DNA of 63,748 bases, counting the filler, from Reticulomyxa filosa (Eukaryota > Protista > Foraminifera): the NCBI GenBank assembly GCA_000512085.1. It is 13 parts of 13 records of this genome, joined end to end, with 100 filler letters (N's around TTAATTAATTAA, not from the genome) between each part and the next. Parts side by side here need not be neighbours in the genome. Positions count along the whole stretch, not along the records: positions 39,704 to 42,005 come from ASPP01021736.1; positions 42,106 to 50,994 come from ASPP01006318.1; positions 51,095 to 53,318 come from ASPP01001555.1; positions 53,419 to 54,810 come from ASPP01027511.1; 9 more parts are not named here. One strand, given 5' to 3'. This document shows positions 40,050-54,103 of this stretch, in pieces (the stretch's first letter is position 1; the number at the start of each line of letters is the position of its first letter). The position numbers and the translations under genes were made by a program. The notes beneath the pieces are model-generated. The model saw nothing but the letters and a program-made list of their open reading frames with translations. It was not told the origin of the DNA and made no database searches.

Positions 40050-41049
40050 ATATACAAATTGTGCAATGTTATCCGTCCAATCCCTTCGATAATGAAATAC
40101 GCTGCAACATTGGTTCTTGTTATTTTGTTGTTGTTTTTTTTTTTTTTGCAATTCTCATTGTGTGCTTTGTTATTATCATTGTGACACAAATGATTGTATC
40201 CAATCGTTGTTTTACTGTTTTTCAATATAGTAATATTTTTGAAATAGTTGATTGAAATAAGCAATCCTCTTGCATTCTCTCCATTTCTGCAGTTCAAAAC
40301 ACATCATCTCCAAATGTTTCCTCTTTGGAGAGTTCATTTGTGCATTACTAAACTTTTGAGATGAAGAATATTATTGAGAAAAAAAAGATGCATTCTTTTC
40401 TTTTTAAAAATAATAAAAAGTGACATGAGCTATTCTTTAATGTGATCCAAGAATGAACAAATGGCGCTTACAATAAGTTAACACTAATAATATGACTCAC
40501 TACTGAGATTTTATTTGTGGGTTTTTCATTTCCTAGTTTTAAATTGACATGTACTAGTTTTAACTTTTCAGTTGTACGACTGAACTATATTCAAAAACAC
40601 TGATTTGCCAAAATTAAACAAATAAAAATTATATCCTTTATATTAAATAAAGTAAATATACCTAATCCCTTTCGATGATGCAGTTTAGTTTCAGTGCGTG
40701 AGTTAACCGAGAAAAAAATGACATTGTCAATTCTTGTTTATCTTGATACATTTATATGTTGGTATAAAGAAATCGTGATAAAATATTGCAAAACTCAGTT
40801 TATTCATATGAAACAATATCTTTTAATAGTTTGTATACTTTCAATTGCAAATTCCAAAGCGGTATTTTACGAAAGAATTAGAGAGAAATATCACTGAAAG
40901 AATTGAACAAAGTGAGACGCACAAAAAAAGTTGGTGTTTCAATAAAAAAAATACCATGTCAAGAAAGAGAAGACAATGAAGGAACCACTTGAAATTGAAG
41001 CACATAAGTGCCAAAATAAAACTGAACACGTTCATTTGATTTATTTCCA

Positions 41050-42005
41050 TTTTTCATTATATTTTCTTTGAAGATTGCATTGTAATTTCTTTTTTAAATA
41101 CAAAATTCTTGTATTCTTGGTCTCTAAATCATACCACCCAAACAAATTCGATATCATTGCTATCACTGTCTTTCAATATTGTTGCTTTCATCAAGGTCTG
41201 GACCATTTGATTTGAAATGAGCAACTAAATAGGATTGAATTAATCCATGCTCATTGACTGAATGAGATTTATTAAAAGCAATTGTTTTTATCCATCGATT
41301 ATCTACCCCAATCCAAGTAAATACAATGATCTTCATGATCAACCAAACTCATTTCACAACATTAATTTGATTTCAGATGTATCAATCGATTCACCACATT
41401 GCAACTTCAATCATCCATCAAATCTAGACATTTGTTTAAATTCTTCAACTGTGATATAATCCCAATAAACTGTTAATTGAACTTGTAATTCTTTCACCCC
41501 TTTTTCATATACTTGTTTGAATGTTGAATCTCTTGGTAATCGCATCTAACTTGTTCCCTCCGTCTTATCCAATACATATTCCAAACAACAAGAATATTCG
41601 AAATATCAAAAATGAGAATGGATCCCATTCTTCATCAAATGTTTTTTGCATTTAAATTTTCGATTTTAATTGATATGATACTTTGACCAGCGTCCCAATA
41701 CAATAAATTATTTTCAATTGATATATCTTTTAATTGTTTTTGACTCTTTTTGTGTGTCATAATGAATTTCATAATATTCTTAAAAGGAGTCCTTAAGATG
41801 GGAGAGTCGCCAGCACTCTCTGATATCAATATATGCATCTTGTTGAATGAAATAACGAGCAATATCCCAATGTTGATGATTAATTGCCAAATGCAATGGA
41901 GTTTGTCGATGTTCATTGCATGAATTATTTATGTCAATGTTGGAATGGTTTTGCAACATCAATTTGACTTGTTCATCACAGTATCTGATTTAACTCATTC
42001 AAGGC
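41050..42005 (-). pseudogene. Degraded ankyrin-containing gene-family member
   Basis: NEHRQTPLHLAINHQHWDIARYFIQQDAYIDIRE is an ankyrin repeat; downstream coding-like sequence is broken by frameshifts and stops. Confidence 0.6.
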
Positions 42006-42167
42006 NNNNNNNNNNNNNNNNNNNNNNNNNNNNNNNNNNNNNNNNNNNNTTAATTAATTAANNNNNNNNNNNNNNNNNNNNNNNNNNNNNNNNNNNNNNN
42101 NNNNNTTTTTTTTTTTTTTTTTTAATTTTTAATTTTTTTTTTTTTTTTTCTTAAACCCCCTCCCTTT

Positions 42168-42509
42168 TCACTGAACTTCCCACTTCCGTAAGTCCAATTT
42201 CACTACTGTGTTCTCGGGCGTTTTTAGGTGAAATTCCATAATTGGTGGCTCCTTGCGATCGTGCATTTCGTCCGTTATTTTACATTTGGCTGCAGAGTCT
42301 TCTGTTGTTGGATTAGAAAGTAAAACCCTTCGAAACGCGCGAGCACATTTCACTTTTGGAAGTAATGGGTTCCATCTCAATGTCACTTGCTTTACATACG
42401 TCAGGTCTAGCAAGTGCTTCCTTGCTCTGAACATTTGAGAAGCTTTCGATGAAGCATTATTCCAAACTCGATTCACGTAAGCTTTCTTTTTATTAAAACG
42501 GACTGACAT
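42168..42509 (-). CDS. MRPL53: Mitochondrial ribosomal protein mL53-like, probably 3'-truncated
   Basis: YVKQVTLRWNP...ARAF...CKITDEMHDRKEPPIMEF matches the mL53 pattern; basic N-terminal presequence. Confidence 0.65.
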   Translation of the reverse strand: MSVRFNKKKAYVNRVWNNASSKASQMFRARKHLLDLTYVKQVTLRWNPLLPKVKCARAFRRVLLSNPTTEDSAAKCKITDEMHDRKEPPIMEFHLKTPENTVVKLDLRKWEVQ

Positions 42510-42791
42510 TTTCTCAAGTAAATTATCTGTTTAATTGATTATAGCTTTATCCACCAAGGGACAAAAATTCTTTTTTCCACCAGTGGCCCAAAAGTTTTTA
42601 CAAAACACTTTGTGAAAAAATTACATTCAGTTAAGTGCACTTTTTTCATTTACTTCATTGTTCTTCGATACTAACATAAAAAATGGAGGAAAAAAGAAAT
42701 AACAACAATAATTCAAAGTGTCCAAGCCCACAAAGTCTTTAAATCAAAAATAACTTTTTTGTGTATGTGCTAAAAGAGAGAAAACGGTCGA

Positions 42792-44294
42792 TCATTCGTC
42801 CGACTCGTCGTTGGTGCTGAGTTGCTTTTTTGCATTTTTCTTTGCACTTTTGTTGGGTTTAGCGTTTTTTGTGAAACTTTTTGGAGATTTTGTGTAAGTC
42901 CTTTGTTTTTTGCGTTGAGTGGCAGAAGCACTTCGACTCTTCGCCTTGTCTTGAGGTTTACTGTGGCCATTGGTTTTGTTAGTGCTTTTCTTGTCAGCAA
43001 TCAAAGTGTCGGTGAGTGTGACCTTGTCAGATCCATGTTTCGCTTTGTCCGTTTTTTGCAGCTTAGCCACAAAAAACCCGTCCATGTTATGGGTATGTGG
43101 ATAATAACTATTCCAAAAAAAGCACATATATGTATATATATGTATGTATATATATATACATATATGTATTATGTAGAGAAAAAAAAAACCGCTTAGTGAG
43201 TTTCATGGACGGATGGAATTGAAAATGTTTGAAGCGAGTAAATCCGCTAACGCCGAAAGAGAGACCAGTTTCGATAATCCTAACTGGACGATTAGTTAAG
43301 GCAAACTGGACAACCGACTCATTTTCGTGTATGGAGATGGAGCAAGTGCTATAGACCAAAATGCCTCCCGGTCGTAGACAATCGATGGCAGATAAGATAA
43401 GTTCCTGCTGCAAGGTGCACTGCGTAGTGATATCTTTGAAGGTTTTGTTGTGTTTGATTTGTGGGTCTCTGGAAATGACTCCAATGCATGAGCAAGGGGC
43501 ATCGAGTAGCACGCGATCAAAGACGGCATGGAATCGATGATGCAAGCGACGTCCATCTTCATTGATGATAATGGAATTGTTAATTCCCATTCGATGAATA
43601 TTACCAAACACAGCTTTCAATCGTTCGCGATTGGAGTCATTGCAAACCAACGTACCACTATTTTTCATTAGTTGTCCGATATGCGTCGATTTCCCTCCAG
43701 GGGCTGCAGCCACATCCAACACCATTTGTCCCGGCCTCACGTCCAATGCCATCACCGGCAACAAACTCGCCGCACTTTGCACCATGTAATAGCCTGCAAG
43801 GTATTCCGGAGTGGCTCCGATCGGCACTTGTGTGTCAATGACTGTGAGTCCCTCTTTGGTCCATTCCGCCAACGGGTCCAAGTTCACCCCTCTTTCGATC
43901 AAGTTCTTTGCCAGCTCTCGACGTCGACACTTTAGCGTATTGCACCGGATCGTCAACGGCCTCGTCTTCTCATTGCTTTCCACAAACGCCATGCACTCAT
44001 TCGGCGGGAAGATCGTCAACAGCAGGTTCATCAAGTCCAACGAATACCCATAGTACCGAGCCATCGAATGCGACAGCACCGACATATACTCTTTGCGACT
44101 ATGGTTTCCATCACGTAATTGTTTGAAATTACACAATATCTCGATCAAATCCTTTTTATGTTGAAAAGGAAAAAAAAAATAATTATGTACACACACACAC
44201 ACATGTATGTATATATAATATATATATATATATAATATATATACATGTATATTATATGTGTATGTATATTTATTTATTATTGGGAAACAAATCA

Positions 44295-44338
<44 letters not shown>

Positions 44339-45098
44339 CTTGAATTCTTTTTTTTAAAAGCTTCAAATCCATTGGCGAATTTTTTTCTTCGATTAATTTT
44401 TTTTTTGAGGGGAAAATGAAATAGGTTTTCTTTCGTGCACTGTGAGTGTCGATCATGTATTTCCAGTCTTCTTTCACGTCGCTTTTGATTTGCTCTTGCA
44501 ACATGTCTTCTTCTTTTGCTTGCTTCTCAATGTCCAACAGCTCTTCTTCTTCTTCTTCTTCTTCTTCTTCTTCTTTGTCATTGTCCATTCCTTGCTCTTT
44601 CCTTTTTGCCTTTCTGTATTCTGCGTTTTCATTGTCATGCTCGCTGTCTTCGCTGTCACTTAAATGAAATTTGTCGTCCTTTCTGGTCTTGGAACTTTCT
44701 TTCTTTTTCTCTCCCCCTTTACCCGTTGCGTCTCTTTTGGGCTGTAACAATAACTCAAATTCGTCCGTTTCTGCTTCAAATGAACCCATTCTCATTTGGT
44801 CTTCATCTTCTTCTTCTTCTTTTTCTTCCAATCCTTCGTTTATTTCCTCTTCTTCTTCTTCTTCGTTTTTGTGCGAATTGCCGTTACTTTCTTTTTCTAG
44901 TGACTGCTGGATCATGTCGTCAATGTCATTGTCCATCGCTGGTATGTCTTGCTCCTTTACGTCCGTTCCAACCTCCTCAAAGCCTTCGTCGTCGGATAAA
45001 AATGAATCTACTGCGGTACTTGCTTGTACTTTACTTTTTTTCGATGGTGGTACTGTTGGATTGGAGAGCGTTCGTTTGACTGCCTTTTTTGCGAGCAT
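42792..45098 (-). CDS. NOP2: NOP2/Nol1 25S/28S rRNA m5C methyltransferase, 3 exons
   Basis: RPLTIRCNTLK, RGVNLDP, PIGATPEYLAGYY, LDVAAAPGGKS, FDRVLLDAPCS, VYSTCS, YYPHTHNMDGFFVAKL; acidic N-terminus. Confidence 0.96.
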
Positions 45099-45425
45099 TA
45101 TTATATTTTCGACAATTTTTTTTTTTTTTGACCCCCGTTGATGTGTTTGGGTCTATTTAAAAAAACAAAAAAACATTAAATTATGGAAAAGACAGAAATA
45201 TAGACTAGTTTGGTAAGATAAAACAATTCAACGATTGAATGCAGATATCATTCAAAAAGCTGTTGTATAACTATACAAGGAAGAAAAGTGGGATGAAAAA
45301 TGAAAACATTAAGAGCAAAAAATTTTGTTTGAGTTTATTGATAAGCTGCAATTACTATTTTACTTTTAATTATTTGGATATTTTTATAACAATAAGCACA
45401 AAAAAATGAGTTCCGTCAAAGTATA

Positions 45426-46437
45426 TTACGTTTTAGAATCTTTAGCATTTGTTTGGTCAGAAGGTGTACTATTGACCTTATTGGAAAGAAAGGAACAAAT
45501 GTGATCGACGATGACATCGTCATATGCACTGCCCTCCAATTCAAAGTGTCCAATCCCTCCTTCGACAATAACAACTTCACTATTGCAAGAGGACACAGTT
45601 TTTTTAAGAGTTTGCGGACTTGTAAAGCCATCACTGTCGCCTTGGATAAACAGTTTGGGCAAGTCTTTTAAGCCGATGATATTTTTGTAATGACCTCCAA
45701 ATATTACGGACGCCATTACGCCAAATGGATAGCCAATGCCAATATAAGCAACAACATTGGCTATTTCTTGTGTGACCAGCTCATGCACTGCTGACCCTGC
45801 AATCGGGGCCCCCGCTGAAGAACCAATCACCACTATCTTACATTTGTCCTCATTGACTTGTGCTTTTTCGCTCTTTTCTTCGTGTTTTTCCTCACTCTGA
45901 TCTTTGTCCTTATCTTTATCTTTCAATGATCCTTCTTCAGTGCGCAAATGCGCTTGCACATAGCGTGCAACGCTGCAGACATCTTCCACTTCATCGTGGC
46001 CTGTCCATGAACATTGTCCACTTGATTTATTCACGCCACGCATGTCAAAGGTTACCGTGATATAATTTAATGACGCAAACATTCGAGCCATCCCTGGTTT
46101 TGTTTATCATCTTTTTTTTTTTTTTTAGCGTTGTGCCATGGGGTGTTATTTATTGCTTTTTTTTTTAACGTGCCCCCTTTTCTTCTTCCCCGGTTTCCGG
46201 GTCATCTTCCCCAAAAAAAGTTTTTTTTTTGCCTTCCATGAGTTGTCCTGCTCCACCCATTTTTGACCATTGGTGCACAAACAGTAATACCGGATTTGAA
46301 CTTTTGGGGATCGGCTGCTTCTTCGTGTCGCGGTTTCGGGGCTCGGTAACACCATACCAAATCTTCCCGTGCAACTTCGCTTTATCTTTTGTAAGCACTT
46401 CAAAGCGTTGAAAGGCACATTGTAAAGCTTTACTCAT
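45426..46437 (-). CDS. Alpha/beta-fold hydrolase, 2 exons
   Basis: LFVHQWSKMGG, TFDMRGVNKSSG, nucleophile elbow GSSAG, QGDSDGF (Asp), GIGHFE (His). Confidence 0.9.
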
Positions 46438-47801
46438 CTTTTATTTTTTTAAAGGTAGTGACGCAATATTACAGCCAATTTCACAAAAAAAAACTTGGCT
46501 CAGTTTTTTTCATAAACAGTAGCGTTGTAGAAAAAAACAGAAGAGTGAAAATATACTTTGTTTAAACACTGTTGCAGAACAACTTCGTTCTACTTGCAAA
46601 AAAACAAGCAAATTCAGTGTATATAGGCCCGCTTTTATTGCTGTCGTTGGTTTTGGTAATTTAGCAACTAACGTTACTAAAATATTTTTTTGATAAAAAT
46701 ATTGAAGGATAAGCAACGTAACAATTACTAGACAGTATTATCTAGGTTTTGGCTATTATGTGTATAACTACAAATATGTCTGCGTTAGTGTGTATTACTA
46801 CAAACTGAAAATCACTTGATGTTATTTAATTTTTTAATCTATAGTTAAGATTTATCGTTTTGCTTTTTGTGAAAGGCAAAAAAAACAATATCAAATGTTG
46901 AATATTACATCAAATTAATAAGTTATAACATTAAAAAAATTTATAAAAAGTGTAACTCATGTGATTATTTTTGGGGGGACCCTGATATATATTTAAATTT
47001 CAAAATTTAGTTTATTATATTGTATTTAGAAAATGATTTTGCTGAAATCATAGTGACTTTAGTTATGAATTTATTTTTCTTTATTATTATATACAAATAT
47101 AATAATATATAATAGTACATGAACAACACTTCTTTTTGGAAATTTTTACAATATTTTATTATTTATTAAATCATTTTTTGACAAAAATGTATTTTAATTT
47201 CAGGATAAATGTGTTTTATCTGTCAATGCAATGCGCAATTTCTATTTTCATTACAATGCAACTGCATTTTCTATCATATAAAGTTGATGGTTAAATTGCT
47301 GTATACTTGAAAACAGGTATAAATCATACGAAAGTAACAGAACTTCGGCATTAGTAATTTTTTTGTGAAACAAGAAATGACAACTTGTATTTCATCATTA
47401 TATCTCGATACTTGAATTTTTCTTGGTAAAATATCTGTTTGAAAGGCAGATAAATATGATAACTGCCGTTTATGTACTACATTACAACCACATATACTTC
47501 AGTCGTTATACACTTTGAGTTGGTTAATGTTATGTCAGCGTTTAATAAATTTATTATAGAGGAGCCTTTATATTAAAGAATGGTGAGCAAACAAAATGAT
47601 CAAGAGAAATAGCCCTCAAGGTATAATTTGAGGATTATAAAATGTCTCTAAGTCCTCCATTGCTTGTAAAGAAGCAACGAGCATTTTTTAAAAAAAAATC
47701 TCCACAAATCGATCAATTTCAAAGCAATACAAATGCCAAACGAAACGAAATGAACAAAGATAATGATAGGAAGGTTGAGAGTATAAGAATTAAAAATAAG
47801 T

Positions 47802-49379
47802 TTATGTTTTTTTCGCGACACATCCAACGTAGTAAACTTCTGGTATCGCCTGCAAGGTTTGGATGCATTTGGGTGATGGTTTTTCATCCACTTCAATTTT
47901 GCAACAACAACTTTCGGCACCTTTGAAGACCGAGTTGTTCATTTCTTGCACATTGATTCGCTCCAAAGAAATAATGTCCAAGCACTTGGCCAAAACACCA
48001 AATTTATCTTGATGGCGAATTGTCAGCGAATACTTGGCAGGGCTTTGATCTTCCAAATTGACACAGTTTGGAACATGTGCTTTTTTGGTGTAGTCACGAA
48101 CAATGTTGAGCACCTCTTCACCTATTTACATTTATACAAATAATGATAATACATTATTATTATTATTATTATTGTTATTGTTATCGTCATTATATTATTA
48201 AATTGAAGCCAAAAAAAAAACAGCAAAAAAAAATAAAAAATTCACTAACGCTAACCTACAGCCTCTTCGGCTTGTTCAGTGGAAGCTCCAATGTGATGAG
48301 TGACATAAATGTTCGGGTTGGAAGAAATGGCAGTATCTTTGAACTCCTTTGAAGTGGCCTCGGGTTCGTTGTTCATGACATCCAGACCAAAGCGCAGATG
48401 CTTTTTTTGGATCATTTCGATCATGTCCTTTTCATTAAGTATCCCACCACGCGCGGTGTTGATTACCAAAGCGCCATCTTTCAACACGCTTAACGCATCT
48501 TTGTTGATCATATCCTTTGTGTCGGGACACAAGGCCAAATGGATCGTCAATGCATCCGCCCCACGGCAAGCATCGACAATGGTATCCGCTGAACATTGTC
48601 ATTTATATTTGGGTTTCATTTAAGCAAAGTTTACAAAAAAAAAAAAAAAAAAGTGTGCACACAACGTAAGCATATAAATGTATATATTTTTTTACACATA
48701 TACGTATACGTATGCACGATAAAGGTGATGAAGACAAAAAAAAAATAATAATAATAATTTATTAACCATAAATGACACCCATTTTTTGGGCTTTTTGAGG
48801 GGAAAAATCTCTGTTCCACCCAACTACGTCCATTCCAAAGGATAAGGCACGGGTGACAACTTCAGTCCCAATTGCACCTAATCCGATTACGGCTAATCGC
48901 CTACTACACAAACCATTCGCTTTTCCATATTCTTTTTTGTTCCATTTCCCTTCTCGGATATCTTTCACATTGTCTGCGATTCTTCGGTCCAAGTTGATCA
49001 AATGTCCAATTGTCAATTCGGCCACTGCAATCGAATTTTTTCCTGGACAGTTGGCCACGAATATTCCTCGACGACTCGCCTCTGCCACATCGATCGTGTT
49101 TACTCCGGCCCCAGCTCGGATCACCAATGACAAATCGTGGCCTGCTTTTAAGTGCTCTTTTGTCACTTCCGTCGATCGGACTATCAATATCGATGGCTGC
49201 ACCTTTTCCAGCGCTGCCACGAGTGCAGGGCCTTTCAAACCTGGATCGCTTACCACTTTGCAGTACTTTGCCAGACTTGATTCCACTGCGGGAGACAATT
49301 TATCTGCAATCAACACCACCAACTTTTCTTCTGGTGCTGGCTCTGGGCTGAATTCTCTTTCGTTTTTGTTTTCGGACAT
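47802..49379 (-). CDS. serA: D-3-phosphoglycerate dehydrogenase with C-terminal ACT domain, 3 exons
   Basis: LIVRST, IRAGAGVNTIDV, NCPGKNSIAVAEL, IGLGAIG, INTARGG, EPE, THHIGASTEQAEEAV, ACT HQDKFGVLA. Confidence 0.9.
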
Positions 49380-50379
49380 TCTTTCTTTGGTTTTCTTTTT
49401 CTTTTTTTTCTTTGCTCTTTTGGCACTTTAAACCAAAAAAGTTTTTTGTTTCACGCAAAAAAAATAAAATACAAGCCAATTTTTGAGAAGCACTATCATG
49501 TGTTTTCAAATCCACAGAAATAACTGTTGTTGCTTGAAATTTTAACAGTTTACACTTGCTTTAAAATCGTTTATTTTTGTTCTGAAAAACATAAAAGAAG
49601 TACATGTTATAGGAGTACGTTACCAAAACAGTAAGAAAACTAACTTTAGTTTAAAAATATTGGTTTTCTAGAGGTTTTTTAAGCTAATCAATTGTGGGTT
49701 TTGTTTTCTAATAATAGAGAAACGGATTGCATTTAATATATATTTATACTGTGAAATGTGAATTTATCTTGTTTAATAGGTTGTTGTAACATATTATACG
49801 TTTTTTAAAATCAAATATACATTGTAGTGCAAAGTTTAACGTACTATATTATTTAAAAAAAGTTTGGTATCAATTCATCAATGACTCAAAATAAAGAATA
49901 TATTCAAAAGGACTTAACATAATAAAATATAATTAACTTAGATATAAAATCCAATCATAAAACTAAACCGACGCATTAATGCTAAGCGAATCTTCGTACA
50001 ACTATGCGAGAAATGTAATATTCAAAAACATGAAAACGAAAAACAAAGCAAAACTAATAGCTGCTCTTTTCATTGATTTATTGAAAAATTTTTGTTACTG
50101 CAGAATAGAACTTGCCGCTGCCAAGTTTATTCAAATACTATCATATAGGTGGGCATAGTACTTTCCAAAGTTGTAAAAAAAACATTTTCTCATTTTACAA
50201 ACACATTTTTTAAAATATTAATTTAAGGCACAGTAAATTGTCACAACAGTTGAATCTCTAATAAGGAAAAAGTTGTCCTATTGATGTTGATGAAATACAG
50301 AGCAAAGAGATTTTACTTTGCCGTTGTCTTGGTTAACTCTTTGGAGGGGAATCTTAAAAAATTCATATCAAAAAATATC

Positions 50380-50860
50380 ATGGCCGCCAATTTTCCACGA
50401 ACGAAGTTGAGTGTCCTAGGAAAGAAGCAGCGGCTTGATTCGGCAGGAGATGGGAGTATATCAGGGAATGATATAAATGGAGAAGGAAGAGCAATACAAC
50501 CCCCTCGAAAGAAGTTGCGTTTGAGTACGAATCCGTCAATCCCTTCTCGTTTTGGCAGCTCGGACATTCCAGTGTACGATCCGGTTCAAAGTCAATTGGA
50601 AGTTGAAAAAAATCGAGTGGTGCAATTGAGACGGTCGGTGAATGGGATAACACAATGTGCCTTTTCTTTGTGTTTTCTTTGACTTTTCGTGTCCGTTGCT
50701 GAAAGTGCTTTTCTCTCATACACACATTGACTAGTTTTTTTTTTTTTTTTTTTTGTTCCATCCCTCAAGACAACTACAAGAGACGTTGGACATGAAAAAA
50801 AAATATGAAACGGACCTGAACACGCTGCATAAAGAATTGCAATCGGCCCTTAAAATGTTA
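50380..50860 (+). CDS. 5' part of an unknown, probably nuclear, coiled-coil protein (3'-truncated)
   Basis: ATG at 50380, NLS-like PPRKKLRL, heptad-like second exon (QLQETLDMKKKYETDLNTLHKELQSALK). Confidence 0.5.
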
Positions 50861-51175
50861 AAAAAAGATATTTTTATTTATTCTTTAAAATCAATGAACA
50901 ATGCTCCCCCCTTTGGGGGCTTCGCATTTTCGAACAAATTCAAAAAAAAATTTTTTGCCCCCATATTTTCCCCTCCCTTTTTTTTTATAAATATNNNNNN
51001 NNNNNNNNNNNNNNNNNNNNNNNNNNNNNNNNNNNNNNTTAATTAATTAANNNNNNNNNNNNNNNNNNNNNNNNNNNNNNNNNNNNNNNNNNNNTATTTA
51101 TTTATTTATTTATTTATTTCATTTGTTTCATTTATTTATTTAATGCTCTTGTTGCTTATGTAATCGAAAAATAGG

Positions 51176-51812
51176 TGAACACTTTCTATCCACAATGTAT
51201 TTGCTGAATTCATTGGCAGGCGTCTCTTGCGTGGCCTCTGCAACGAACAGCAACAGCTGTAGCACCCAGTTTCGCAGCTATGTTCCGTGGGCCACGAACG
51301 GAGAAGAGGCCACGGGCTACTGGCACACGCTGCAATCGCTGCATGCCAACTTTTGGCTGGCCGCACATGCGCTGATCATTGCCAGCTCTGTCGTGCTCAC
51401 AATTACCTCGCACTTGGCCTGCTTGGTGTGGCCAAAGCACGTCCAAAAAGGCGGCATCTTTTTCATCATTTTTTGGGATAGCTTTATGCTCAGCAATATC
51501 TGTTTCCGATTGGAGTACAAACTGCTCTCGTTCTTGTTCTTTGTCATGGGCACCCTTCATGTTCATATCGCCATGGACTTTATGATCGAGGCTTTGCCCA
51601 TCTTTTGGTTTTTCCCAGACGACGAAATCGCCATCATTGATCCGCAAAACTTGACCATCCGAGATTGGATCGTTGTGAGATATAAAATGTTCTTCTTGCC
51701 CCATTTTCAAAAGGCGCAAGTGCAATACGAAATTGATAGTCCTGACGTGTCCCGCAATGGTGGTCGTAGTAGTCTTCATAACACCAAAACTAAAGTCGTG
51801 TTCCGAGTTTAA
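51176..51812 (+). CDS. Multi-pass membrane protein, last exon(s), unknown family
   Basis: GC-richer 205-codon ORF with a Cys-pair loop and about three hydrophobic segments. AG acceptor near 51174. Confidence 0.55.
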
Positions 51813-52853
51813 AAAAAAAAAAAAAAAAAAAAGGGGGAAGCACAATATATAATATATTAAGTCATGACTTTCATTTTTGTTTATTTGTTTATAATTTACA
51901 AGACGAATCATACAAACAACGAAAATAAAAAAAAAAGATTGTTTTTTTTTTTGGTGTGGATTTGTGGGGGTTAATTGTTTTCATGTCCCCCCTAGCTTCA
52001 GCAAATCAAGGTGTTTGCTGTTTTCTTATTCTTTTCTCCATTTTTTTTTTGGTCGCTGAGACCCTTTTTTTTTTTCGAGCACTTTTCTTTGGGACTGACC
52101 CAGGAAAAAGCTTTCCGTCTTGGGTACAAACTGTGTTTTTTAATTGTTTTGGTTTTGTTCGGCTCTGTTTTGTTGTTCTGTTCTGTTTTGTTTCATCGGC
52201 GTATGACAATAAGGACCAATTTACAAGTAAATATAACTAGCTTCAAAACATAGCAGTTTGCTGACTTAATCGCCGACTGACTTTTGTGACATTCTAAAAA
52301 TTGATAGTTCACAGCTTTTCTTGTAGTTATAATTTTAAAAAAATGCAGTTATGTAAAAAAAATAAAATAAAACAGATTGTCGTTTTCAAGAGTTGTTTCT
52401 TGAACAAATGTTTGAAGGCTCTTTCTTTCCGACCAAAAGTTAACACACGAAACAGATAAGACATAAAAATTGGCTCGTGCTTTCTTTTGTGACACCGTTT
52501 TGGCAACTTACTTGTTTTCTTTTGAAATGAAGAAAGAACAAAATTCCGAACAAATGAAAAGACGAGTAAACTTTCACAGTCAAGACGAAACAAAATTAGC
52601 AGTGTTGTTGTTATGCGTGCTTTCCTTCATGCTGTCGTGTAGAAAAGACACGTGAGTTGCAAGAAAAAAAGAACAAATATGTAATCACAATAAAACTTCG
52701 CGCAATCTGTTTATAAGCTGAAAATTTGCAATACGTTTTAGTTTTCGAAAGTTTTGAAAAAGAGCCAACGATTTTGAAGTAAAATCTGTCAGCAGGGTTG
52801 CTTGTGTGATTGTTAAAAGAGTTTTGTAATCCAAAATATTATCTTTGCAGGAA

Positions 52854-53247
52854 ATGTTTGCAGATCGGTTTCAAAAATTGGACAAGATAGGCGAAGGAAC
52901 GTACGGGATTGTGTACAAAGCCAAAGACAAGTTAACGGGAGACGTTTTGGCACTGAAAAAAATTCGCTTGGAAGCAGAAGACGAAGGGATCCCTTCGACA
53001 GCTATTCGTGAAATTGCACTACTTAAGCAGCTACAGCATGGAAACATTGTCAAGTGAGAAGAATGATGTTTTTGTTTACTTCCAACCGGCGACAGTCTTA
53101 CAAAACAATACAAACAAAACGAACAGATTATACGATGTTGTGCACACCGAAAAAAGACTAACACTTGTATTCGAGTACTTGGATAAGGACTTGAAGAAGC
53201 ATTTGGATATGTGTGGCGACAAAGGATTGAAAATACAACAATGCAAG
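52854..53247 (+). CDS. PSTAIRE cyclin-dependent kinase (CDK1/2-like), 3'-truncated, intron ~53054-53126
   Basis: [45 protein letters not shown]. Confidence 0.95.
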
Positions 53248-54103
53248 GTTTTTTTTTACAAACAACCTACAAAAAAAAAAAAAAACAATTTTTTTAAAAA
53301 AAATGCAAACTAATAAATNNNNNNNNNNNNNNNNNNNNNNNNNNNNNNNNNNNNNNNNNNNNTTAATTAATTAANNNNNNNNNNNNNNNNNNNNNNNNNN
53401 NNNNNNNNNNNNNNNNNNATCCTAATCTTACATTGAAAATACGAATCCAATTTTGGATTATCAATTCTATTTCTTGTTCTGTTTTTTCTTTTTGTTGACA
53501 GAGCAAAAAAAAGTTGAAAAAAAAGGTATTAAGCAAATATTATAGCTTACCGGCTGTCCTTTTGTATTCTTCTTTTCGTTGATATTATGTCTATTTTTTC
53601 ATTTGATTCCATTTCAAGACTTCAATATCTTTAAAACAACTGGTGGGTCCCTTTTTACAAAAACGACTTAAAACAAACTTTGAACTTGTATATTTCATTA
53701 AATTCAATTAACAATATCATTCACTAAAATCATTTTTATAGTTGTTTTGCTTTTCGATTTACTGTTTTCAATGAATCACCTTTTCAATCCTTAATATTTT
53801 TCTTTCTGCTGTCTGTGTGAACTTTTAGCACATTTTTCAACATATATCACAACAGACTTTGCTCCGTAATTTCTTCCACTTTCAAAAACAAAACAAAAAA
53901 AGAAAATTCTGTACAACATGATTTTTGCTCTTTCCAGTATTATTCGTTTGACCAGATAACATAAAAAATGTATTTGATCATATTTAGATGACATCCTTGT
54001 CACATTTAATCCTCCTAACAACCAAAACGGATTTATATTTCAAATTTAAATTCACTTTGCTTTATTTTTGTTTTCAACTATGCATTTAACAAATCAAACA
54101 CAA

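Noticed and set aside
52629-52853. Upstream coding exon (MLSCRKDT) for the CDK via GT 52652 / AG 52850
   Set aside because: The splice is out of frame with the CDK ATG; at most a 5'-UTR intron.
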